Part shown: positions 49,313-60,600 of the stretch, piece after piece
How positions within the stretch are numbered: the stretch's first letter is position 1
How the letters are laid out: each line of letters opens with the position of its first letter
Translations under genes and position numbers: made by a program
Source of the DNA: Bacteroidota bacterium
GTDB lineage: Bacteria > Bacteroidota > Rhodothermia > Rhodothermales > UBA10348
Length of the DNA: 64,000 bases
Assembly: GCA_027622005.1 (NCBI GenBank)
Contig: JAQBZH010000005.1
Span: forward strand, 19,623-83,622
Direction: 5' to 3'
Notes under the pieces: model-generated
What the model was told of the DNA's origin: nothing
Database searches by the model: none
What the model saw: only the letters and a program-made list of their open reading frames with translations

Positions 49313-51742
49313 CTACGCCGCTTTGAGTCTTAAACTGTTGCTCACAACCGAAACGCTTGAAAGCGCCATCGCAGCGGAAGCCATAATGGGGCTCAACACG
49401 ATTCCGAAAAAAGGAAACAGTGCACCGGCAGCCACAGGAATGCAAATTACGTTGTAAACAAACGCAAAAAAGAGGTTTTGTTTGATGGTGCGCATGGTTT
49501 TGTGAGAAAGTCGGATCGCGTCCGCAATCAACGACAAATCGCTGGACATAAGGGTTACATCGGCCGATTCGATGGCAATATCCGATCCACTCCGAACCGC
49601 AAAACCGACATACGCATGAGCCAACGCGGGAGCGTCGTTTATGCCGTCCCCAACCATGGCCACTTTGGCTCCGCTTTTTTGGAGTTCGCTGATGATTCGC
49701 ACCTTGTCGGCGGGCAACAATCCCGCGTGATATTCAGAAATCCCTACTTGTGACGCTATTTTACTAGCTGCTTCCTTCGAATCCCCCGTTAACATGACCA
49801 CCCGTATTCCACTTTTCTGAAGTCCTTGAATGGCTGTGATCGAGGTCGACCTGAGTGCATCTCCAACTTGAATCGCGCCCAAATACTGCCCGTTTTTCGC
49901 CACATAAAAAACGGATGTTGCGGCGCCTTCAAACGACGTTTCAGGAACCAAAATGCCTCCTTCAGTCAAATATGCCACACTTCCCACGAGAACCGGTTGG
50001 CCAGCGAGGATTCCTGAAGCACCTTTTCCAACGACTGCGATAAAATCGGAGGCCGGTTTTACGATAATAGCTTCGTCCTTCGCTTTGACTACGACAGCCA
50101 AGGCCAACGGGTGCTCTGAATGCATTTCAACCGACGCGGCAGTCGCTAGTACTTCGGCAACGGATGAGCCCACAGCAGCTATAACAGACGTTACTTCCGG
50201 TTTTCCACGTGTAATCGTACCTGTTTTATCCAGGCACAAAACATCAACCAGGCCAGCCTTTTGAAGAGCTTCAGCATTTTTAATCAAAATACCTTTTTTA
50301 GCTGCTTTTCCAGTCGCAACCACGATGGCGGTTGGGGTGGCTAATCCGAGTGCACATGGACATGCGATGATCAAAACGGTGACAAACCGGACCAGGGCGT
50401 AGTTTAACGCGGGCTCTGGTCCGACAATGAACCAAATCAAACCGCTAACTAGAGCTAACACCAGCACCACGGGGACGAAAACGGCCGATATGCGGTCCGC
50501 TAAATTCTGAATGGGCGCCTTTGAAGCTGCCGATCGACGCACCAGAGCTATTATTTGATTGAGAATCGTGTCATTCCCAACGCGCGTAACTTCGACTATG
50601 AGCCCTCCTGTCGTATTCATGGTGCCCGAAGAGACCCTTGAGCCCGATTCTTTCTTAACGGGAAGCGGCTCACCGGATAACATACTTTCGTCAACGTCAC
50701 TGCTCCCGGTAACTACCCGTCCATCGACCGGAATACGCTCGCCAGGTCGAACCCGAACCAACATTCCCAGAACCACTTTGGAAGCCTCTAGCGAGTATTC
50801 AGATTCCTTATCAACCACTGTAACGGTGTCTGGTTGGAGCTTGATCAGCGCTCGGATGGCTTCCCCTGTCTTCCCTTTGGCTCGTTCCTCCAATAATCTC
50901 CCTAACAAAATGAGAGCTACAATAAGCGCAGCAGCCTCAAAGTAAACTTCGGGCATTCCGTTGCTAAATGGCTGAATAACATCCGGAAAAAGGACGGAGG
51001 CAAGTGAATACCCATAGGCAGAACCGACCCCAAGGGCGACCAGACTGTTCATGTCGGTCGCTCCATGTCGAAGAGCCTTCCACGCACCGACGAAAAACGG
51101 ACGTCCCGAATAGAGCACGACCGGAGTGGCTAACAGAAGCTGAATAAGGTGTTCGTTGGGTACGTGAAAATACCCATGACTCATGGCCAAGACAGCTAGT
51201 GGAAGTCCGAGTACAGTGGCAAAAATGAATTGCCTTCGTGTCTTTCGATACCGATCCGTCGGACCTTCATCTGAACGATCGGACGCGGCCAATTCCAGCT
51301 TCGAATCCGAAAACTCCTCCAACAGTTTCTGAAGGTCAGTACCGGAAATCATACCCGAAACATACGTTACCGTTAGGTTAACCTCCCCTCCTGCTGAAAC
51401 GGATTCTACGTCGACTATCCCGTTGGTGGTCAACAACTTAGCACTCAGTGATGCAGCCTTTTCTTCGGCGTCCGATCCTGATAAACGTGTTTCTGCCACC
51501 GATTTCCGAACACCATATCCGGTTCGTTCGATCACCCTGATCAGGTCGGCTGCGGTTAAGGTTGTGAGGTCGGCCTCTACTATTGCCTCTTCGGTTGTGT
51601 AGCTGACAGTCGCCGAAGATACTCCCTCTACCTTCTGTAGCTTTCTCTCAATTCTCAATGCGCAAGCGACACACGTCATCCCTTCAATCGGAATGGCTAA
51701 TTCCGTTTTGCTTCCTGGTCTCGGTTCGTGTGGGGTAATCAT
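49313..51742 (-). CDS. copA: Cu(I)-translocating P1B-type ATPase
   Basis: [38 protein letters not shown] and MALSS Cu(I) signature. ATG at 51742. Confidence 0.95.
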   Translation of the reverse strand: MITPHEPRPGSKTELAIPIEGMTCVACALRIERKLQKVEGVSSATVSYTTEEAIVEADLTTLTAADLIRVIERTGYGVRKSVAETRLSGSDAEEKAASLSAKLLTTNGIVDVESVSAGGEVNLTVTYVSGMISGTDLQKLLEEFSDSKLELAASDRSDEGPTDRYRKTRRQFIFATVLGLPLAVLAMSHGYFHVPNEHLIQLLLATPVVLYSGRPFFVGAWKALRHGATDMNSLVALGVGSAYGYSLASVLFPDVIQPFSNGMPEVYFEAAALIVALILLGRLLEERAKGKTGEAIRALIKLQPDTVTVVDKESEYSLEASKVVLGMLVRVRPGERIPVDGRVVTGSSDVDESMLSGEPLPVKKESGSRVSSGTMNTTGGLIVEVTRVGNDTILNQIIALVRRSAASKAPIQNLADRISAVFVPVVLVLALVSGLIWFIVGPEPALNYALVRFVTVLIIACPCALGLATPTAIVVATGKAAKKGILIKNAEALQKAGLVDVLCLDKTGTITRGKPEVTSVIAAVGSSVAEVLATAASVEMHSEHPLALAVVVKAKDEAIIVKPASDFIAVVGKGASGILAGQPVLVGSVAYLTEGGILVPETSFEGAATSVFYVAKNGQYLGAIQVGDALRSTSITAIQGLQKSGIRVVMLTGDSKEAASKIASQVGISEYHAGLLPADKVRIISELQKSGAKVAMVGDGINDAPALAHAYVGFAVRSGSDIAIESADVTLMSSDLSLIADAIRLSHKTMRTIKQNLFFAFVYNVICIPVAAGALFPFFGIVLSPIMASAAMALSSVSVVSNSLRLKAA

Positions 51743-51860
51743 GGTCAATGACTTATTGTACCGGTTTTGCCTGACGCCTTCCTGTCTCCGTGGTGTTCGG
51801 GACAACCATCTCAGTTTAGATTTTAGCGCGGAGATTTGAGTAGCGCAAGCCGTCCAACTG

Positions 51861-52991
51861 TTACGATTTCGCCAGAAACAGACGCTTATCTGTTACCGAG
51901 TCAAATATCGAAATGCGGTCCTCCAAAAACCGCGCGAAAACTCTAGACCCAATAAGGGGAACGTTATGAGAAAGGGTCCTTACGACCAACATGACTCCTT
52001 TTCGATTAAGATGTAGGATTACTTCATTCCCGAGTAGTTCGACCAGTTCAACGACACATTCGATGGCCATGGTGTAGTGTCGATTGGTATCCGTATCAAA
52101 GTTTTCGGCTACCTGAATGTCTTCTGGTCGAATACCTAGCTTGACTTTGGAAGTTAAAGGCTCGGAACCAACTCCAAAACAGCCCTGACTGCTGAGGTCG
52201 ATTCGGAGTTCGAGATCAACGATTTGAAAGGTGCTCTTACCTCTTACTTCAATTTCGGCGGCAAACAAGTTCATCGGAGGACTCCCGATGAATGTGGCAA
52301 CGAAAGTAGTCGCAGGTTCATTATAAACGTTAAGTGGTGTGTCGAGCTGCAACACTTCTCCTCTGTTCATCACCACAATCCGGTCTCCCATCGTCATTGC
52401 CTCGACCTGATCGTGGGTCACATACACCATCGTAGTACCTACGTTCTTGTGCAGTTTCATAATCTCCAAACGGACGGAAGATCTCAGGCGAGCGTCTAGA
52501 TTGCTTAGTGGCTCATCAAACAAAAACACCTCTGGATTCCGAACAATTGCCCTTCCAAGGGCCACTCGTTGTCTCTGACCTCCTGACAATTCTCCAGGCC
52601 GCCGGTCAAGTTCTGACTCCAATCCTAACAGTCTGGCCGTATCCTCAACAATAACGGCTGCTTTCTTCTTACTCACGCCCCTTAGCTTTAGGCCAAACCC
52701 AATGTTTTGGGCTACCGTCATGTGAGGGTACAAGGCGTAATTTTGAAACACCATGGCCACATTTCGATCCTTTGGGGCCCATTCAGTTACGTCCTTTTCT
52801 CCAATTAGTACTTCCCCGGTGGAAAGGTCTTCCAAGCCCGCAATCATCCGTAAAATAGTACTCTTCCCACATCCGGACGGTCCGACTAAAACCAAGAACT
52901 CGCCGTCTCGAACTGAAAGCGACACGTTCTTGACAGCTTCGATGCCCCCAGGGTACGTTTTTGAAATGGATTTAAGTTCGAGCGCTGACAT
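51861..52991 (-). CDS. Carbohydrate ABC transporter ATP-binding protein (MalK/UgpC/MsmK type)
   Basis: [53 protein letters not shown]-terminal TOBE region. Confidence 0.94.
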   Translation of the reverse strand: MSALELKSISKTYPGGIEAVKNVSLSVRDGEFLVLVGPSGCGKSTILRMIAGLEDLSTGEVLIGEKDVTEWAPKDRNVAMVFQNYALYPHMTVAQNIGFGLKLRGVSKKKAAVIVEDTARLLGLESELDRRPGELSGGQRQRVALGRAIVRNPEVFLFDEPLSNLDARLRSSVRLEIMKLHKNVGTTMVYVTHDQVEAMTMGDRIVVMNRGEVLQLDTPLNVYNEPATTFVATFIGSPPMNLFAAEIEVRGKSTFQIVDLELRIDLSSQGCFGVGSEPLTSKVKLGIRPEDIQVAENFDTDTNRHYTMAIECVVELVELLGNEVILHLNRKGVMLVVRTLSHNVPLIGSRVFARFLEDRISIFDSVTDKRLFLAKS

Positions 52992-53103
52992 TCGGAGTTC
53001 TGTTTTGACAAAATATACACCAACCGCGTCAAGCCGTGGCGCCTTGTGACGCTATTTTTAAGGCGGACGTTCCTATCTTAGGACTGATCAATTCCCGATA
53101 ATT

Positions 53104-54123
53104 ATGTCCCGCCGTGAATCAACCTCTGTGACCATATACGATGTAGCGCGTCGTGCCGGAGTAGCTATTTCCACCGTTTCGCGCGTGATCAACGACTCGA
53201 TTGACGTTTCAGACAGAACCAGGTCGGAAGTACTCCAAGCTATTGAACACTTAAAGTTTCACCCGAGTCGAACGGCAAGATCTCTTGCGCAACAAGAATA
53301 TCATTCGTTTGCGGTAGCTATGCCCTCCTTTACCGCACCGTTTCAAAATGAATTACTTAAGGGCGTCCGCGCCTACATTCGTGAGCCGGGGCTGGATTTG
53401 TTGATCTGCGATCTTGGGTCCAAAGATATGGTTGGTGCCCTTAAATCCTTTTTAGATCGCGGAGCTGTACGGGGCCTACTCGTATGCGGGCCGTCAGGTG
53501 GCTTGGAACTGTACGAGGAATTAGAAAATATTCAGACGCCCATCGTTTTGGTAGGTCATGCTTATCCGACGTTTGATTCATTTTACTGGGATGAGGTCCA
53601 AGGCGTTCAAATGGCTGTGGCGCATCTACTTAGTAAAGGGCATACCGAAATTTGTTTAATTCGCTCTGCTGTAGACAGCGAAACACAATCCCAACGTATT
53701 GAAGGATATAAACGGGCGCTGGCAGCAGCCGCGGTGGCATTCGATCCGGAAAAAGTGGTTTCGGGGAAACCAACTTATCATGCGGGATTTAGCGAAGAAG
53801 ATGGATTTGATGCCATGAATATCATCTTGCAAAATCATCCCAAGTGCACCGCAGTCATGGCTAGCAGCGATGTACAAGCCATCGGAGCGCTGGCTGCCGT
53901 TAAGGAAGCCGGCCTAAGCGTTCCATCTGACATCGCGATTATGGGTAACGGAGATATTAAGACCAGCCGGTACATCGGATTGTCTAGCGTTCATCAAAGC
54001 GTACAGCACATGGGCTTTTCAGCCGCTAAAAGGCTCCATGATAGAATCTTGGGATCACACATTGGTCCTCCGGAACGGCTCTTAGTCGAACCAAAACTCG
54101 AAATACGGGCATCTACCCTCTAA
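53104..54123 (+). CDS. LacI-family transcriptional regulator
   Basis: TIYDVARRAGVAISTVSRVIN helix-turn-helix plus a periplasmic-binding-type effector domain. Confidence 0.94.
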   Translation: MSRRESTSVTIYDVARRAGVAISTVSRVINDSIDVSDRTRSEVLQAIEHLKFHPSRTARSLAQQEYHSFAVAMPSFTAPFQNELLKGVRAYIREPGLDLLICDLGSKDMVGALKSFLDRGAVRGLLVCGPSGGLELYEELENIQTPIVLVGHAYPTFDSFYWDEVQGVQMAVAHLLSKGHTEICLIRSAVDSETQSQRIEGYKRALAAAAVAFDPEKVVSGKPTYHAGFSEEDGFDAMNIILQNHPKCTAVMASSDVQAIGALAAVKEAGLSVPSDIAIMGNGDIKTSRYIGLSSVHQSVQHMGFSAAKRLHDRILGSHIGPPERLLVEPKLEIRASTL

Positions 54124-54132
54124 TTACTTAGC

Positions 54133-55095
54133 ATGAATAAACGAATTATTGAATCACAGCTAGGCGCAACGGTCGCGGTTACTCACTTCGATCACTTGGG
54201 AGCGCGCTACGGAGGAAAGGTCAGGGACACGTATAGCATCGGCGATCGCCTAGTTCTCGTCACGTCCGATCGTATTTCGGCTTTTGATCATATTCTGCGC
54301 CAAACCATTCCTTTCAAGGGTCAGGTGCTCAATGGAGTTGCCCATTATTTCTTCGATCAGACAAAAGACATCGTCCAAAATCATGTCCTTGCTATTCCAG
54401 ATCCTAACGTAACGATTGCGCGAAAATGCACTTCATTTCCTGTTGAGTTCGTTGTACGGGGATACCTAGCCGGTCATGCCTGGAGGACTTACAAAAGCGG
54501 ACTTCGCACGCTCTGCGGAAAGAATTTGCCAGATGGTTTGCAACAGAACTCCAAGCTCCCGATGCCCATATTAACGCCGGCTACAAAAGCGGTGGAAGGT
54601 CACGACGAGGACATTTCGAGGGAGGATATTATTCGGCGAGGAATCTTGACGGAGCGCCAGTTTGATGAATTAGAGTCCTATTCATTGGCCCTTTTTAAAC
54701 GCGGATCGGAATGTGCGGCGCGTCAGGGACTTATTTTGGTTGATACCAAGTATGAATTTGGTCTAGATGCTCAGGGCGTAATTACTCTAATCGATGAGAT
54801 TCATACACCCGACTCCTCTCGCTACTTCTATGCAGATTCGTATGAGGAATTGCTTTCCAGGAATGAACCCCAAAGGCAATTATCCAAAGAATTTGTCAGG
54901 GAATGGTTGATGGATCATGATTTTCAAGGGCTTGAAAATCAAGTGCTTCCTGACCTAGATGACGCGTTTAGAGTGGAAATTGCTTCTCGTTATGTCGAAT
55001 TGTACGAAAAGGTAACAGGAAAATCCTTCGCACCTAATACGGATCAGAAGCCGATCGAGCGCATCTTAAAAGCGGTTGAGGCCGCATTAATCTAA
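54133..55095 (+). CDS. purC: SAICAR synthetase
   Basis: GKVRDTY, SDRISAFD, KGQVL, VVRGY, TPATKA, LVDTKYEFG, DEIHTPDSSRY. Confidence 0.95.
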   Translation: MNKRIIESQLGATVAVTHFDHLGARYGGKVRDTYSIGDRLVLVTSDRISAFDHILRQTIPFKGQVLNGVAHYFFDQTKDIVQNHVLAIPDPNVTIARKCTSFPVEFVVRGYLAGHAWRTYKSGLRTLCGKNLPDGLQQNSKLPMPILTPATKAVEGHDEDISREDIIRRGILTERQFDELESYSLALFKRGSECAARQGLILVDTKYEFGLDAQGVITLIDEIHTPDSSRYFYADSYEELLSRNEPQRQLSKEFVREWLMDHDFQGLENQVLPDLDDAFRVEIASRYVELYEKVTGKSFAPNTDQKPIERILKAVEAALI

Positions 55096-55538
55096 TCCGT
55101 CTTTTTTTCGTCCGACCAAGTAGTCGAAACCCATTCCGACGTTCCGTCCTGAAACCCCTCCTTTTTCCAAATTTGAACGCTTTTTTTAAGCTCGTCAATT
55201 AAAAACTCGGACGCTTCAAAGGAAGGGCCTCTGTGAGCGGTGGCCACTCCAATATAGACGCTCGCTTCTCCAACGCGGACGCTTCCCGTCCGATGAAGCA
55301 TTACCAATCTGAGGACGGGCCATTTTGAAGAGGCCACTTCGGCCAATCGCTTCATCTCCTTGAGCGCCATGGTTTTATGGGCGTCATAGCTAAGGGTTTC
55401 CGTTGTTCGGCCATTGGTTTCGAGTCGAGTGATTCCCGAAAACACGCACACTGCGCCGCCTTGACTCGCGTTCAGAAACGAATACACTTCGACAATTGAA
55501 GGCAACTCCTCAGCAATATCGATCCAAAAGGGTTCCAT
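55092..55538 (-). CDS. moaE: Molybdopterin synthase catalytic subunit
   Basis: GAVCVFSGITR, HRTG, AHR, IDELK..VQIWKKE. Confidence 0.93.
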   Translation of the reverse strand: MEPFWIDIAEELPSIVEVYSFLNASQGGAVCVFSGITRLETNGRTTETLSYDAHKTMALKEMKRLAEVASSKWPVLRLVMLHRTGSVRVGEASVYIGVATAHRGPSFEASEFLIDELKKSVQIWKKEGFQDGTSEWVSTTWSDEKKTD

Positions 55539-55543
55539 CGAAA

Positions 55544-55792
55544 TTATCCACCTGATACTGGGGTAATGAAGGAGATATCATCCTTATCAGCGAGGATGGT
55601 GCCAAGTTCGACGTATTCATCATTAACCGCAAGGCGCACAACGGATTGCAAAGCAGAAAAGTCGTCATTGTTGGCAGCCAAAAGCTCTATTAGCTCAGCA
55701 CCCGTAGTGCCGGCGTCCAATTCAACTTCGACGATTCCGGCTCCGAAGGCCTCTCGTAATACAGCGAAAAAACGTAAAGTAACAATAATCAT
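55544..55792 (-). CDS. moaD: Molybdopterin synthase sulfur carrier subunit
   Basis: FFAVLRE, LAVNDEY, C-terminal PVSGG; adjacent to moaE. Confidence 0.93.
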   Translation of the reverse strand: MIIVTLRFFAVLREAFGAGIVEVELDAGTTGAELIELLAANNDDFSALQSVVRLAVNDEYVELGTILADKDDISFITPVSGG

Positions 55793-56277
55793 AAGGCACT
55801 CAATACGGCTTTAATGGCTACTAAATTTGGAACGTGAGAGGCGTTTTCGAGAACTTCAGCGTACCGAATAATTCCGGACTGATCGACTACAAAAGCGGAT
55901 CTCTTGGCAATGCGATCAAGCTTCATCCCGGTGAATCCGTGGTCGTATTTACTACCGTATGCCTTGCAGACTTCTGCATCGTGATCGCTTAAAAGTGAAT
56001 AGGTAAACCCGTTGACCTTTTTATACTCTGTCAACGTAAAGGGCGCATCCGTGGATATCCCTACAACTGTTGCAGGCGAATAAGACTCCAGATCGTTGTT
56101 GACCTCGTTAAGTTCCGTCGTACAGGTACCTGTAAAAGCAGCGGGGAAAAACAATAAGACGACAGGTGAACCTGCAATCGCTTTTGAAAGCTCAAAAGTC
56201 GATCTGGAATCCGTGAAAAGAGTAAAATCTGGGGCCTTATCCCCTACGATCAAGGTTTTAAGCGTCTTTTCCGTCAT
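55789..56277 (-). CDS. Peroxiredoxin (AhpC/TSA family)
   Basis: GDKAPDFTL, FFPAAFTGTCTTE (PxxxTxxC), GISTD, LLSD, RSAFVVD. Confidence 0.9.
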   Translation of the reverse strand: MTEKTLKTLIVGDKAPDFTLFTDSRSTFELSKAIAGSPVVLLFFPAAFTGTCTTELNEVNNDLESYSPATVVGISTDAPFTLTEYKKVNGFTYSLLSDHDAEVCKAYGSKYDHGFTGMKLDRIAKRSAFVVDQSGIIRYAEVLENASHVPNLVAIKAVLSAL

Positions 56278-56311
56278 TTAATTGGTTTTTAGAGTCATTT
56301 TAAGTCCTTCG

Positions 56312-57553
56312 TTATCTCGAACGAATAGCTTGTAGCGGTTCGATTCGCGCGGCATACCGTGCTGGGATGTACGAAGAAAGAGCACACAGGATCGTGGTTG
56401 CAACGGCTACCATCACGAAATCAACAATACTTAACTCAATCGGAGCGTATTTCATGTAGTAGGCTTCGGCTGGTAACGGGATCACATTGAACTTGAGTTG
56501 GATGATGGCAAACATTAAGGCCAGGATCTCCCCCATTAAGACACCAGTCACCCCCACATATAGACCCAAATGCACAAAAATGCTTCGACGTGTTTTAGCA
56601 GTGGCACCTAAACTGGCTAAAACGCCCATTTCTGAATTTTTTTCAAGGATGATCATCAAAAGAGTGCCGATAATGTTGATGGAGGCAACAAAAACGATAA
56701 TCGAAATAACCAGCGGGATAATCGATTCCTGCAACTTGACCCAGGCAAAAAGGCTGCGGTAGACGTCTGTTATCGGACGTGCAATGGACGGAAAAGTAAG
56801 CGATTGATCAATTTTATTGGCTGCTTCGGTATAATCCACGCCTTCGCGTACCCGCACGTCGAGTCGTGTGATCTGATCCGGGTTGTAGTCTAATAATTGA
56901 ATCGCGCGATCTAGAGCGACAAATACATAGAGCTCGTCGAAATTCGCGAGAGAAGTTTCATAAATGCCTCGCACCACGAATTGACTGACTCTAGGTGGCG
57001 ATAACGTAGAGGATTCGGAATCATGATTGACCGAAAAGGCTGTCATCGTCGAACCAATGGTCGCGGACATGAGTCGAGAGAGCTTCATCCCAATAACAAT
57101 TCCTGGTCTTCCGAGTGAATCTGGGCCCAAACTGGAATCACCCGAAACAATGGACGTCGAAACGAAGCTTGGAACCTCGGTAGTCCCCCAAATCGAGACC
57201 CCTTCCACGTCGGTCGAACTCTTGCGAAGCAACACAAATTCCTGAATGACGGGCGAAACGCTTTCTACCTCATCCATGCTTTGAACCAGCGAAACGAGCT
57301 CCGAAGAATCGTCGAGAGGGGCATCTTGCATGCTTTCGACCTGAACGTGCGCCCCGAATCCGATCACTTTTGAACGTATTTCTTGACTGAATCCCCGGAC
57401 AATGGATAGCGCCAGAATCAAAGTGGCTACACCTACAGCCACTCCTCCAATGGAGATATAGGTCACCAATTTGAGAAATTGACGTCCTTCTGAACGCCCT
57501 TCAGCACCTCTCAGGTAACGACGGGCTATAAATGACTCAATTTTAAATGACAA
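56312..57553 (-). CDS. LolC/E-type lipoprotein-releasing ABC transporter permease
   Basis: FIARRYL N-terminus, TM1 followed by a large periplasmic domain and three further TMs, YIPARYAARIEP. Confidence 0.88.
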   Translation of the reverse strand: MSFKIESFIARRYLRGAEGRSEGRQFLKLVTYISIGGVAVGVATLILALSIVRGFSQEIRSKVIGFGAHVQVESMQDAPLDDSSELVSLVQSMDEVESVSPVIQEFVLLRKSSTDVEGVSIWGTTEVPSFVSTSIVSGDSSLGPDSLGRPGIVIGMKLSRLMSATIGSTMTAFSVNHDSESSTLSPPRVSQFVVRGIYETSLANFDELYVFVALDRAIQLLDYNPDQITRLDVRVREGVDYTEAANKIDQSLTFPSIARPITDVYRSLFAWVKLQESIIPLVISIIVFVASINIIGTLLMIILEKNSEMGVLASLGATAKTRRSIFVHLGLYVGVTGVLMGEILALMFAIIQLKFNVIPLPAEAYYMKYAPIELSIVDFVMVAVATTILCALSSYIPARYAARIEPLQAIRSR

Positions 57554-57623
57554 GTCGATTTACATGAAATGTTGAGTGCCTTCCTACCCCCGTGAATGCG
57601 CAATAGATCCGACAAAAACAAAC

Positions 57624-57660
57624 ACGCTGGGCCTTCGGACAAAGTCCGAAGGCCCAGCGT
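57624..57660 (-). terminator. Terminator downstream of the giant GvpL/F-domain gene
   Basis: Perfect 17-bp stem ACGCTGGGCCTTCGGAC/GTCCGAAGGCCCAGCGT with a 3-nt loop, followed on the minus strand by GTTTGTTTTTG. Confidence 0.82.
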
Positions 57661-57691
57661 TGAACAAACCCTGTTTTCGATTCTTACGAAT

Positions 57692-60600
57692 CTATGCAGG
57701 AATTTCTGACATGAAATATTCCTCGGAGCCTCCCATATCAACATCAACGAAGTGATACGGTGGCCAAGGACCACTTACTTCTATCGTAACCCCGAAATTC
57801 CGCATTTCCTGAGCTAGAGTGGTGACGCGGGCTCTGAAATTCTTTTCGCCTACCACGGGCACCAAGTAGGTTGAATTCAAAGCTACGATCATATTCTCAG
57901 CGGTTTGAGCGGCTGGAACTCCTTTCGAAACGGCCTCAGAGGCCATGTCATTGAGAGGAGCGTGGATACGTCGGGCAACATTGGCCATGATCGCGTCAAG
58001 CGAAAAGCCACCATCTTTTGAATATTTCTGTTGATCGACGATTCCCTTGAACTCGGCGCTTGAGAGCAGACGCTCTGCATCACAAACGACGCGAATTCCA
58101 AACTCACTCTTATCCTGGAGCCGCGAAAGCGTATCCAGCATTTTGGATCGTTGGGTTTCAACGAAGCGGCGAATACCATTTTCCGAACTAAAGACCGTCC
58201 CGAAGCGAAGCGGAATGATGGTCATCAATCCTTTTGCCTCAGAGAGGACACCAGCGTGGTGACGAACCTGATCCTTCAACCATCCGTTGTCCCGCATGGA
58301 CTTGCGGATCACGTAAGGAGAAAAAGCTGTATCAGTTAACTTGCTGACAATAGCCGTCAAATTTCCACAAGGCAATGAGTACACTACCGAACGTTCTTGA
58401 AGGCCTTCGATACCAGCAAACATCGAGTCCACGACCTGATTCGTCGAAACGATTCCGTACATATAAAATGTAGGTTCATTGAGGTTCTTTCTGATTTCGG
58501 CGATTTCTGGAGCCAGACCATTGGATCCATCTCCAGCCGGGGTTTTTACGGTAGAAGGACTGTTGACCGTAAATTCTGAAACTGACCACAATTTCGGCGT
58601 AGGTGTCGAGTCTGAAGGCGCCACGTCAACATTATCAGATTCGTCGAGCGAAGACTGATCTTGATTGTTATCAACCGAACTTGATTCATTCCTTGGCGAC
58701 TCTTGGATATCCGAAAGCAAGGTCCAGTCATTTGGATTTCTTTCTGGAGCTACGTCTGCGCTCACGGGCTGATCGGACTCGGCACTTTCTGGTGCCGAGG
58801 GCTCAGGCTCGATCGAAACCAAGAGCTCAGGGGCTATCGATGCGACTGTTTCCTGCGTTGGCGATACCGAGGGCTCTGCGTTTACCGCTGAAACTTCTGG
58901 TTCACTTACCGATGGCTCGCTAACTAAAGGTTCACTTACCAATGGCTGGTTCATATTGGAAGGCGCGACGGGTTCTGCAAAAACCTTGAGACTGCTTTTG
59001 AAAAACGCCTTTTCGGCTTCGTGAGAACCATCAGACACTTTGTCTTTAATTTCTTGCAGCGCATGGGCTAGCAGTCTTTCGATCATTTGATCATGAACGA
59101 TTTCCTGGACGCGGCTAATTACCTCTGTTTCTTCTTGAACACGACTCAGCACGATTTCTGCCGTTTTGTCGGATTCTGAAACGGATGCCAGGGATTTATC
59201 TGCTACATCTTGAATCAGCATATCGTAAACCTTATTGGTAGCACCAATAATGCTTGCATGAGTAGCTGGGATCAACGCCCGGGACTCAGTGACGACGGAG
59301 GCAACATCCGAAATTCTGGATGATGCTGATTCCGCAATGCTGGCCACTAATTGGTCCCGCACTTGATCAATCGCTTTAACAACGGCGACTGTTTCCATAT
59401 CCACTTTGTGGAATGCACGCTTGGCAACGGCATTCGTATCGGCAAGATCAGCAGTCGAATCGCTAGCAATTGCTTCAAGAATCTTATTCGAGAGCGCTTT
59501 TCTAACGGCTTCTATTTCTTTGTCAGCTTTCAGGAAAGCCGAAGCTTTTTCAGAAGCTAATCCGACTTCGTATAGACGCTTGGTGGCATAAGCGGCTACT
59601 TCAGAAAGCAGCATATTTTCTAATACGTCCGCGGCTTGAACTACAGTCGGGATGTCCTTCGGCATTCGGCCTCGGGCTTCTTCTGAAATTCGGTCCGTGC
59701 AGTGTAAACGCGTCTCAGTAAGGCTAATAATTTCGTCAACCATTTTAGAAACGGTCAGCCTAACGGCCTTTTGAACAGCCTCATGATCGTCCATTATTTG
59801 GGCTGAAGAATCTTGGGCTACTTTATCCGTGTCTTCGAGCTCTGTTTTTACAAAGTCGGTAATACGGGAGACCAGTTCTTGTCTGCTTGCTTTGACGGCA
59901 TTTCTAATCTGTATCGTATCCGCCGTAAACTCTGGAGCGATTTTGCGAACAACGGATTCTGTATCTGACATCTGTTGATGGACCAGCACAGAAATGACCT
60001 GGTTTGCCGTTTTGACTACTTCGGCAACCGCCAGCTGAATGAATGAGTCTCCTTCATTCACCCATTTACGGGCATCTTCCTGAATACTTTCGGCATCGCC
60101 AAAAGTGACCAGGGTCCGGTTAGCAACATCTTTAAGCACATTGGTCCGCAGAATTCCGATCGCGGATATCAATGAGTCGTGTTCGAAAGCGAAGTGATCC
60201 GTCGCCGCTTTAGCTGTTTGATCAGCATCGGAAAGCTGCGCGAGCGTACGTTCAGCGATTTGTTCGACGACCCGGCCCTTGACGTTTTCTACTAAGGAAG
60301 CAATCAATTCGAAATCTTGATATACGTGGTTGGCTGCGTCAGAGATCGTTTCAGTAGACTGTTCGATGGACGTTTTAGCAACTGTTCCCAGCCTTTGAGC
60401 AAGCTCAGCCGTAACTCGGTTCTTGGCAGTCTCAATCCATTTTTCATCTTGGACAACCGCTTTTGATGCGTTTTCAACGACAACTTCAACTGTTGGAGCA
60501 TCTTTGATCAATGCATCGGCAACATACTGACTCAATTGCTTGGTCAATTCTGTTGATTCCGATTTACTGACGGCAGCTAGCTTCTTATTAAAGCTCGATT

